DNA of 64,000 nt from Veleropilina oligotropha (lineage: Eukaryota), in assembly GCA_048128005.1 (NCBI GenBank), contig JBEUKZ010000096.1:1-64000 (forward strand), read 5' to 3'. The notes under the pieces were generated by a model, which saw only the letters and a program-made list of their open reading frames with translations, made no database searches and was not told where the DNA came from. A program made the translations under genes and the position numbers. Shown here piece by piece: positions 12,178 to 22,609 of the stretch (positions within the stretch are counted from its first letter, which is position 1; every line of letters starts with the position of its first letter).

Positions 12178-15148
12178 TAAAAGAACATTAATAAATCCCA
12201 AATTGCTGAAAGCCGGTAAGGAAGAATTAGTAAAGCCATTAACCATGATATTCAATAAATCATTAAAAGAAGGAAGTTTGCCTGATGACTGGAAAATTGG
12301 TAATATTACCCCAATCTTTAAGAAGGGAAGTAGGTCAAACACCCAAAATTATCGACCTATTAGTCTGACATCAATAGTAGGCAAGATCATGGAATCTATC
12401 TTAAAGGATGCTATTTTACAACACATTAATAAATTTGACTTGCTAAACCTTAGTCAGCATGGGTTTATGGCGAAACGGTCTTGTTTAACCAACTTACAGG
12501 GCCGTAGCCAGGATTTTGTGAAGGGAGGTTCGAATATACCTTGCTGGGGGCATAATTGGCCATCAATTTTACAATGTTGGTATCTGACAAAATAATGAAA
12601 TTGCTTTGTTTGTAACAATAATAGCACATCTATAAAGAGCCTGAACTTAAAAATGGTAATTGCATTTTGTTGCTAGACGGTCTGCGTGGGGATAGGGCCC
12701 CACGTTCAAGAAAATTTTAGTATTTAAAACTGTGGAACAGCTTCTCATGCATTCTGATGTTGCAAATGCGATGTTTTTAGATAACTATCAACGATGTGCG
12801 TGGGGTTAGGATGTTTTTAGATAACTATCAACGATGTGCGTGTGGGTTAGGGCCCCACGTTCAAGAAAAATTTAGTATTTAAAACTGTGGAACAGCTTCT
12901 GCTGCATTCTGATGTTGCAAATGCGATGTTTTCATATGGGGTCTCATCCCCAGGCGCAAGAAAATTTTGGTATTTAAAACTGTGAAAAAGGCTCTCCTAC
13001 GTTCTTAGGATGTAAATGATGTGCTTTTAATTCACTATAAACTGTGTGCCCACGCGCAAGTAAATTATAATATTGAATACTATATATATATGAAACAAAT
13101 TCTCCTGCGTTCTGAAGCTGCAAATGCGATGATTTCAGATAACTATCAACGATGTGCGTGGGGCCTTAATATCGCGCCCAAGAAACATTTTAGTATTTAA
13201 AACTGTGAAACAGCTTCTCCTGCGTTCTGATGTTGCAATTGTGATGTTTTTAGATTACTATCAACGATGTGTGTGGGATCGGGGCCCCACGCTCAAGAAT
13301 ATTTTAGCATTTAAAACTGTGGAACTGCCTCTCTTGCATTCTGATGTTGCAAATGTGATGTTTTCATATTACTATTAACGGAGTGCGTGGGGTTGGGGGC
13401 CCCACGCGCAGGAAAGTTTTGGTATTTAAAACTGTGAAACACCTTCTCCTGCGTTCTTAGGATGTAAATAATGAGTTTTTAATTCACTATTAAAATTTTA
13501 ATAATTAAAACTATGAAATAGCTTTTCCTGTGTTTTGAAGCTGTAAATGCGATGTTTTTAGCTAGTCATAAATATATGCACCATTTTCATAGCATGTGTA
13601 GGCCTATTTCTTGCACCCCCCCCCCCCCCCTGTAAACGCCGATGTATGCTTGCCAAGAATATGTACATATCCTGTTATGGCCCTAGATGTCACAGGGACG
13701 TTTAGGCCTACTAGATTTTCATATAAGGGGACTCAATTTTACATTACTATCAACGATGGGCCCCATGAAGAAAATTTTAGTATTTAAAATTAATCAGCGT
13801 TCAAAAAATACATATTTAATTGATAACTGTAAAGGAGCCACTGTAAAAATATTGACTTTGACTTTATGGGCAATCCAGTGGCAAGGGGGGTTCGACCGAA
13901 CCCTTCGAACCCCCCCTGGCTACGGCCCTGACTTACTGGAATTTTTTGAAGATGTAACAACCGCCATAGATACGGGCAAACCAGTTGATATAATATATCT
14001 TGATTTTCAAAAGGCATTCGACAAAGTACCACATAAACGGCTGATACAAAAATTAAGTAACCATGGTCTGAAAGGTCCAATATTAAACTGGATAAGGATG
14101 TGGCTAGAAAATAGAAAACAGAGGGTTGTAATAAATGGGATCAAGTCAAAGTGGGAGCCGGTACTAAGTGGAGTCCCACAAGGTTCTGTTTTGGGCCCAT
14201 TGCTGTTTCTTATATATTTAAATGACATTGATGACGTCATTACGTCTCTTGTAAAAAAGTTTGCAGACGATACCAAATTGTACAGAATTGTTGAAACTGA
14301 AGAAGATGCAAAAACACTTCAAAGTGATTTAAACAATCTGGTAAAATGGTCAGAGGATTGGCAAATGCTTTTTAACACCAGTAAATGTAAGGTATTGCAT
14401 GCGGGTTATAACAACAAAAGTTTCAATTATAAAATGGGTTCAGATACCTTAGAAGTAGTAACAAAAGAGAAAGATTTGGGTGTATGGGTAGACAATACGT
14501 TTAAACCATCAAATCAATGTGCAGAATCAGCTAAAAAGGGAAATCAAATATTGGGAATGATAAAGAGAAACTTTAATTTTAAATCCAGAGTCATCATAAC
14601 ACGCTTATACAAGCAAATGGTTAGACCGCATTTAGAATATGCAGTGCAAGCATGGAGCCCATATCTTGCAAAGGATATCAAAATTCTTGAACAAGTTCAA
14701 AGAAGAGCCACAAAATTGATAGGCGAATTGAGAGAATTACCTTATGAGGATAGACTAAGAGCACTTAACCTCACAACATTGTCTTTGAGAAGGACACGGG
14801 GGGATATGATTCAGGTATTTAAAATGTTTACAGGAATTGACAATGTTGACAGTAGCCTACTTTCTTTTTTCAGATGAACCAAAGACCGACCAGGGGCCAT
14901 AAATACAAAGTTTACAAAAAAAGACGTTAGGAAACACTTTTTCTCAAATCGGGTTGTCGATGAATGGAACAGTCTTCCTAGTAATGTAGTAGAATCAACA
15001 TCTGTAAACCAATTTAAAAACCGCATAGATGATTATTTTAAGAAACAGGGCAGGCTATAGATGACCAGAAACGACAATGGGTTTTAATATGAGTGGCAGT
15101 AATGCACTTCCTAAACCCAGACAAATTCTATTTAAATCTATTTATTTA
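12178..15148 (+). mobile_element. 5'-truncated CR1-group LINE (RT domain and 3' UTR) inserted in the MULE coding exon
   Basis: LPDDWKIGNITPIFKKG, NYRPISLTS, YLDFQKAFDKVPH, SGVPQGSVLGPLLF, KFADDTK, KEKDLGV, RPHLEYAVQAWSP. AT-rich repeat tail. TTTA at both junctions; excision restores MULE EDLNASQY in frame. Confidence 0.9.
12497..13930. mobile_element. Non-autonomous TIR element with 5-bp TSD (hAT5-like) and internal degenerate tandem repeats
   Basis: Perfect 16-bp TIR CAGGGCCGTAGCCAGG, TSD ACTTA. Removal restores LINE RT CLTNLLEFFE. Confidence 0.9.
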
Positions 15149-15633
15149 AGTCTTCTATGGACGATTCTTCTATTATATCGGGCGGTTGGAATTCCGGCAG
15201 GGCGTCTTCCTCTTGTCGTTGTGGTATCGTCGTCGGTTCGTCTATGCGACTGCTCTCTGCTATGGGGCCGTCAGATTTAATTCTTCGTTGTCGCTGATCA
15301 TATCTTGATCGTAACAGGTAAATTCTCGAAATTCGTTTACATCGTCGGTGTCTTCCTCTAGCATGGAGGGTAATGGAGCCGGTATTGGAGGTCTTTGCAC
15401 ACATGGAGTACACCGCCATTCAAACTCGCCTGCTTTCACCAAAGCCCTGTACTGTGGTCGAGTTATACCTGGAACAATAAGAAAACATTAGTAAAAAGAT
15501 GTTAAAATAATAAGAATCGATCCAATCTCTGGTCAAAACAGCGTCCTCTTCCAATAATGGTTATGACATATCTACCTTACTATAATTATATATTTTGGCA
15601 GACACATAATAGACAATGTTGATATCTCGCAAT

Positions 15634-18600
15634 GGAAGCTAGAGGTTTCGCCCCAATGTATGTTCGCCCCAAGAGGTTTCGCCCCAAAGTTGCGGAGGTT
15701 TCGCCCCAGTTTCAAAATATTAAAAAATATATACTATAAATAAATAAATTACTCCAAATACTAAACTATAAATTATTTTCATGGTAAATACATTATTTTC
15801 ATGTTAAATAAATAAATAATTTTCATGGTAAATAAATTATTATTATTTTCATGGTAAATAAATAATATTTTCGTTTAGATAAATCACTACATTTTATTTT
15901 GGCATATGCATGAAAAGTGACTGAAAATTAATCAATAATAAAGTCGAACGGTATTCAAAATATTAAAATAGATTAATTGCAATTGAATTGGTGTGTTGTG
16001 AGGTGAGTGGTAATCAGGAATCGTTTTTCTGCATAGATTATCCACCGGATTATCAGGTGAGTAGTAATCAAGAAATATATATATATATATGAAGTCCAAT
16101 GCAAGCCAACACATAATTCCCAATCAGCATTGGCGACAATATCAGAATATAGCATCTATAATGGCTTCATATTGTATTTTTTGTACGAAGATAGTAAGTG
16201 GTCGACAGCATGCAATTGAGTGCGAGGGATGCCATCGTTGGCAACATCGATTGTGTCAAACTGGTAAGTATTATATTATAAACATTGCAATATTCATCAG
16301 CATATAATGCAATTTCAAATATAATATATAATTTATTTGGGTTTGAAAAAAGCATTACTCTACCCTCTCACTCATAAAAAACTCATTCAAGTTGTCTTGT
16401 CCTCTATAACCCGCACTAGCTGCTTCTTAAAAGGCGATTTTTAAATTGATTTACAAAATTATAATATATAACATATTTATGATATGATCATGTATAATAT
16501 ATAACATATATATAACATATTTATGATATGATCATGTCTTGTTTTTACAGGTATCAACTTAGCTGATTATCGCCAGATGTGTAAGGGGAACATTCAGATT
16601 TCTTGGATGTGCGTCCCATGTCGCGACCAAGAAGATGAGGTCCATACCACAACAGACAACAATTCAACTTCTGTCGACATCCATCATGACCTGCCAGTCT
16701 TCGATATTTCATATATACCTTTCATGGATACTCACGATTCTCTTCAACCTCCTACCCCAACGATAACTAACGACGCTTCATTAGAGACCCTGGTGAACAT
16801 GGAGTCTAGAGTAGACGACGTCCCCGATATTTCGTTTGACATACCGATGAGAAATATTGACCACCCAGATACGATAAGAGAAGAGTAAGTAAACAATTTT
16901 ACATTATACCATTATCATTCTTGTTGTACTGCATTAATAGAAACCAAATATATAATAATACATACATGCATTTTCCGAATTTTCATGCAAATGGTATTAT
17001 ATAAATACTTAATCTATTATTTCTTTTATAGATCTTTACTTGATCCTGATGTTGATGCATCATTTCCTGATGATGGACCCGTGACGTTTGATGAAGTTTC
17101 ACTGGGCACAAAACGTGGAGGAAGGAAACTAGTGAGCAGTGACGGCTTTACGTACACTGTCAAGGTAAATACAATATTAAATTCATGCCACTTACGAAAG
17201 ATATTCATTTATTAATTACTCTCTTTATTTCCTGATAATACAGTTAATTAATAATATTTCTAGCAACAATATTTCATACGAGACAAGATTTACTTTGAAA
17301 ACATATATAATATATATCATATGAATAATTATATATAATCCTTATATTCTAGCGTACCAGCGCCACATGCACATACTGGATATGTAGTGTCAGAAGCAAG
17401 AAGCTAAGATGCCACGCATTTGTGAAGCAGTATGGCAATAGATTTATAAGAAGTCCCAGTCCGCATGAACACCAAGCTGATCCCGGCGCAAAGAACAAGG
17501 TCGTCATATCGGCAAAGGTAAATATATACGAAAATTATAATTAAGTAATAATAAGTGTATATTTTGGATTACGAAATTTATTGCTCATACAGTCAAAATG
17601 TGATATTTGTAATAATAGGGCCTACTCGTAATCACTTTTCCTATATTTTATTATTGACATTTCAATTTTTCATTCCAAAGGTTAAAGCGATTGCCAGAAG
17701 AGAAGTGTTTAGACCAGCTGCAGAAGTTGTTGAGACCGTTATGCGGGAAACAATCCAACCAAATGACCACCACTTGCCTAAGATGGTAAATCTGACAAGA
17801 GCCGCAAATTTGCATCGCCAAAAGTTACGCCCCAGTGAACCTGTTGATCTCTCATTTGTTGTAAGTATATTTTATATCATTTGCTTGGTCTGTTTCTTAT
17901 TTCGAATGTTTAGTCTTATTTTATGTTATATATCTTTATTTAATATGTTGCTTTTCGAGAATGTGTGTATAAATGGTGATTATGTTTTATATTACTTAAT
18001 TGTATTAATTTCAGATCGACGAGGAATTTATTCAGGCAGATTCGTTCCTGGTAGCAGATGTTCGGGTTGATGACCAACGTCATTTAGTGTTTGCGACCAA
18101 AATGCAGATGACGCAACTGGCGAAATCGAAGAAATGGTTTATCGACGGGACGTTTAAAGTGGTAAAGGATCCATTTTATCAACTAATGTCGATCCACGCA
18201 TTCGTGAAGAAAGGAGACGATTCGAAACAGGTTCCACTTGCCTTCTGTTTGATGTCTCGCCGAACGAAGAAGGATTATGTTGAGGTATGTACAACATTCA
18301 TTATGAAATAATTATTAAATACAGATCATTTATGATAGATTGTAATTGCAAACTCGTTACCGCTATTATGTATTGCTTGAATATTGCCACCTGTACATGT
18401 ATATGTGTAACTTGTATATTCTGTAAGTTGTAATAAAATATTGTTTAAATCAAATTATTGCTTGAATATTAGTTAAATACAAAATATTCATTATTTTTTT
18501 ACTTTATAGGTATTGAAGAAAATCCGAGATGCGCTCGAAGACCCCGTTGTTGAATCCTTCATGTTGGATTTCGAGAAAGGTGTGTATAAACATTTGTCAC

Positions 18601-20602
18601 TAAAATATATATCGTAAAGTACAATTAAAGTACAATTAAAGAAATGATTAACAATGAATTATATAATTAAATGTCTTCTGTTTGCTTTCAGGTGCATGGC
18701 AAGCCATTAGAGAGGTATTTCCAGGCAGAATTATTAAAGGCTGTGTATTCCACTGGACTCAGGCAGTCTATCGTAAAGTTCTTCAACTGGGGTTGTCTAC
18801 AGCATACGTTCAGCGCAGAGACAAGTACGAATATATCAGAAAGCTGTTAGCGTTGCCTTTCCTGCCGAGCGAACATATCGTAGAAGCATTTGAAGAATTA
18901 GAGAGACAGGCATTAGGTGTTGACAATGATCTCCTCAAGACCCTGGTGAATTACATTCGTAAGAATTGGATCGAGAGCTCGGTTTGGCGCCCTGAAAATT
19001 GGTCAGCCTTCAGAGAGACGATAAGAACAAACAACGATGTAGAAGGTATGTTTCATGTTTATTATTAAAGAACAATATTAAATAGGAAAACGAGATATAT
19101 TTTGATTTTTAATTATTATAGCATTGATTTAATTTACATTACATTTACAATGTTATTACTTAATTATTACAATCACTGATTTAGAAAATATATAGGTTTG
19201 AATGACACTCATGTTGTTGTTTTTTATCTTTTGCAGGATGGCATCGGCGGCTCAACTTCAGGGCAGGAAAAGCCAAACTTTCGTTCTACGTTCTTGTTCC
19301 CCTGTTACGAACTGAAGCCGAAGTCGTCAGCATCCAAACCAGACTGGTGTCAGAAAATCTGCTGACACGTATTCAACGAAAAAGTTATCGTCAAATTCAT
19401 GGCCGGCTATTCGAGTTGTGGGACAAATATGAAGACGAAGACATCACCACATCAAAGCTTCTGAGAGAATGCTCTCACATCATCGGTCTCGGTCCTGTCC
19501 CTGTTCCTGCAATTGAATAAAGTGTTGTATGAATTGTGACTAATGTACATGTATTTAAGGTTCCGTATTTAATATAAATATGATACTAATTTTCTTTCCG
19601 ATTACTGTCTTATTTTATTCCATGTAATTCTAAACTGACAGTCTGTTAATAAAATATTATTTTGCTTCTTCCTAACTAATGAGCATATCGTTAATAAATA
19701 TGATATTAATTTCCTTTCCTAATGTTAGTTTCTTTTTGGTTTATTTCATGTTATTGTAAACTGTTAATTTATAAAGTATTATTGTTGCTTGATTACCTTA
19801 AATTGTTGTATATATTGTAACTAATGTAAATATCGTTAATATAAATATGATATTAATTTCATTTCCTATACTAACTGTCACTGTATTTTTTATTTCATGT
19901 AATTGTAAACTGTTAATAAAATATTATTGTTGCTCAATCCTCTTGTTGTACAATCTTGTTACAATTTTACTTCAAATACATAGTAAATTATTTGATAACA
20001 AAAATCATAAAATACACCACATTTTGACCCAGCTATAGATGTGATTCTAATATTATCAAGTCTTCTTAACATTATCAATTACCATTACCACTAGACCTTT
20101 CTAAGTTTGCGTTTTGGCGTTTTGGGTAACAAAACGATCTCGCACCGAGTAACTTCAATGGCGTTGTCAACCTGCATTAAAATAATTCAATATTTCGCCA
20201 ATTTTATGTCCAAGTCTTTGAATTATACTATAAAACATAACGATACATTTCAAATAACGTATAAATAATACAGAACAGACAAAATGAATTTATATAAGAA
20301 GCTCTCAGTGAAAATACGAAACTATATACGGTAGGCCTAATATGTTTTGCAAATGGCGAAGTAAAAACAGGCTCAGCGTACATTTTGCAAACGATTTATA
20401 CACGACGACTCGACCTAAACAACAAAAATACGTCCTGGTATATAAATAGGAAACGTTTTAATGTCATATGTTATATGTATGTCTTATTTTGGGTTGCTGA
20501 AGTGCGATTTTTAAACTTGGGGCGAAACCTCCTGGGACATTTGTTAGCATGGGGCGAACCCGTACTGGGGCGAACTTGATTGGGGCGAAACCTCTGTAAA
20601 CC
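15634..20602 (+). mobile_element. MULE DNA transposon, inner element, apparently intact
   Basis: TIR core AGAGGTTTCGCCCCAA at both ends with (GTTCGCCCC)-type subterminal repeats. TSD CTCGCAAT / ATCGCAAT. Confidence 0.9.
16161..19520 (+). CDS. PHD-FLYWCH-MULE transposase, 9 exons, 630 aa, no disruption seen
   Basis: Exons 16161-16263, 16551-16884, 17032-17164, 17353-17517, 17681-17860, 18015-18284, 18510-18579, 18692-19045, 19237-19520, all GT-AG and phase-compatible (1893 nt). PHD C4HC3, WICS..CHA..HEH, IDGTF, DFE, GCVFHW, TNNDVEG. Confidence 0.9.
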
Positions 20603-21719
20603 ATCGCAATATTTTATCATTCAGATTTAACTTATTTTGAGAGAAGCAGCACGACCACTGATATCATATTTGCAGAACCTAATATTATTATATAAAATAT
20701 ATTATAATAATTTTAATAGAATGAATCGAAAGTAAAAATAAAAATGCTTACACAGGTAATTTACACAATTATAAGCATTTAAGAATTTAAAACAAGGGCA
20801 GTATGTCTGTTAATAATCGTTGCACAACGTCGAAATTTTGGCTTTATACTTAAAAAGTTAATTTAACCGTACGCGGACATAACGCGACAACTTGCGGTTA
20901 TAAAAAGTAGGTAAAGAGTGAGTAACATTATGATAACGGGTGCCTGATAACGTACCTGTATTGCAACAACGATGTTGCCATCCCGAACATTCGTCGCATT
21001 GCAACGATTCCTGTCGATGTCCCACCTCCCGTTCACATACAACACAAGGAATTATTTCATTCAAGGAAGTCATTGCTACTTTTTTCAATCGGAGCGAGGT
21101 ATATATGATGCGTTCTGTGCAGAATTTCGCAAGTGAGTGATGTGCATAGATATATCTGGTTTTATAACAAACCACTCCTGACTCTCAGATAATCCGCTTA
21201 TACGCTGAGTAGCATATGCCACTTGATTGGTGTTAACGGATTATCAAATTAGTTACCGAAAAGGGTTTCTTAATCCGACAATACAATTGAATAAATTCCT
21301 ACAGAGATCAAAGAAATAAACTGTGATCTTCTGGCTGTGTTGAAAAGTTGAAAAACATGAGAAGAATTTATATGTATAATATATTAGTTATATATTTTAT
21401 AAGCGAGGACGTTATATTTTCAACATTATTTATATATTTTATAAGCGAGGACGTTTTGACTATCTCAAAGCGATAACGTTTTTATAAGCGAGGACGTTTT
21501 GACTATCTAAAAGCGATGACGTTTTTATAAGCGAGGACGTTTTGACTCCCAAAGCGAGGACGTTTTGACTCATAAAAGCGAGGACGATTTGACAAAGGGA
21601 CGTTTTGACTGGATACCGATGAAAATGTAGGTACGGAGATGTTTGGGTACGGTTTGACCATAATTCATTTAGCTATATATTTGTCCGTTTATACACATTT
21701 GAACATTGTGCGTACATAC

Positions 21720-21944
21720 TTTTTCTTCTTCTTATCTTTTTATTGGTATATTCATAGACGTTAAGAACCACGGGCCATTGACGCTAACCAGAAATATGAG
21801 TGAAATCCATCATCGACTTGCTACCCACCCACTGATTACGTATCATAGTATACGTAATCAGTGGGTGAATTTCGCTCATATTTCTGGTTTAATAGCGTCA
21901 ATGGCCCGTGTTAAGAACGTAATGAATTCTTCATTAGAAGCCAT
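21720..21944 (-). pseudogene. Exon 1 of the HECT gene, interrupted by a MITE
   Basis: Removing MITE 21769-21910 plus one TSD gives MASNEEFITFLTSMNIPIKR*EEEK and a GTATGT donor, phase 0, in frame with IDCSVI at 6965. Confidence 0.65.
21769..21910. mobile_element. Palindromic MITE with 8-bp TSD (hAT-like)
   Basis: TIR CACGGGCCATTGACGCTA; TSD TTAAGAAC at 21761-21768 and 21911-21918. Confidence 0.85.
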
Positions 21945-22456
21945 CCAGAAAGCAGTGTTGTCGCAATAACAGTACCGGTACTAATAAAATCAAGGGGAAG
22001 CACAAAGTAACGAGTTTTACTTTCTCTTTCTTAAAAAGACGAATAAACGAGATTCAAAGACGAATAAACGAGTTTTAAAAGACGAATAATCGAGTTTAAA
22101 AGACGAATAAACGATTTTTTTATTTTTACTACATGACCTTAGTAGGCTTCCGTAGGCTAATGTAGTCAACAACTTAAAATTAATTATGTCATCATACGTA
22201 CTGTATCGGCCCTGCTGTATACCGTTGGACATTCTAAAGTTGTCGACGAACCGTCTGGACGTTTCCTTGTTACAAATTGGTCAAATCGTCGTTAAACGAA
22301 CTGGTATTGTAGCTTCTGGTATTTTTATTTTATATCTGGCTTCATATGCAAATATTATTGAAGACGAACATAATAAAGTTTGAACCTCTTTGTGTAATTT
22401 CCGCGAATATCCACCATATATTGAAACAGGCTATAGTTTCATTTCCCTAGTGCGTG

Positions 22457-22485
22457 TGACGTCATTTTCGAATATCAACATGGCG
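22457..22485 (+). promoter_or_regulatory. Candidate CARMIL core promoter motifs (CRE and YY1-like)
   Basis: TGACGTCA at 22457-22464 and AACATGGCG at 22477-22485, about 130-150 bp upstream of the ATG. Confidence 0.4.
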
Positions 22486-22609
22486 CTATGTTTTTCGGCG
22501 ACTCCCTCTGTCAAATGTTGAATGTCATTTAATAATAAGCGGCTATTATATTGTCTTAAGAGCCCGGCATTGTTAGTAGCCGGTAGATACGCCTATTACC
22601 GTGGCTGGG

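Larger units (their letters stand above)
10757..21073 (-). pseudogene. PHD-FLYWCH-MULE transposase of the outer element, disrupted
   Basis: Exon 1 21073-20956 (CVVC..CDEC..HRCC). Exon 2 from 15468 (GITRPQY..WRCTPC), one frameshift near 15280, split by the LINE at 15149/12177. Then open to 10757 with FLYWCH-like WTCS..CKA..HIH, IDGTF, DFE, GCSFHW, TNNDCEG. Confidence 0.88.
10100..21617 (-). mobile_element. MULE (Mutator-like) DNA transposon, outer element, with nested insertions
   Basis: Exact 8-bp TSD GATGAAAA (10092-10099, 21618-21625). Imperfect TIRs GCTTACCAGTTATATCGTCC.. / GGTATCCAGTCAAAACGTCC... Subterminal (AATCGTCCTCG)-type arrays at 10110-10260 and 21400-21610. Confidence 0.9.
4477..22154 (+). 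mobile_element. Decayed IS3EU-like DNA transposon (integrase plus convergent HECT gene); left end not found
   Basis: Convergent integrase and HECT pseudogenes. Candidate terminus ...CATGACCTTAGTAGGCTTCCGTA at 22154 (TACGGAAGCC on -), preceded by four AAAGACGAATAA subterminal repeats (about 22035-22115). Confidence 0.5.

Noticed and set aside
12680..13560. Regularly recurring repeats resembling a CRISPR array
   Set aside because: Degenerate tandem units without unique spacers, inside a TIR element in eukaryotic DNA; no cas genes.
13687..13930. N-terminal part of the 396-aa ORF as a novel RT extension
   Set aside because: It is the end of the inserted TIR element, by chance in frame with the LINE RT.
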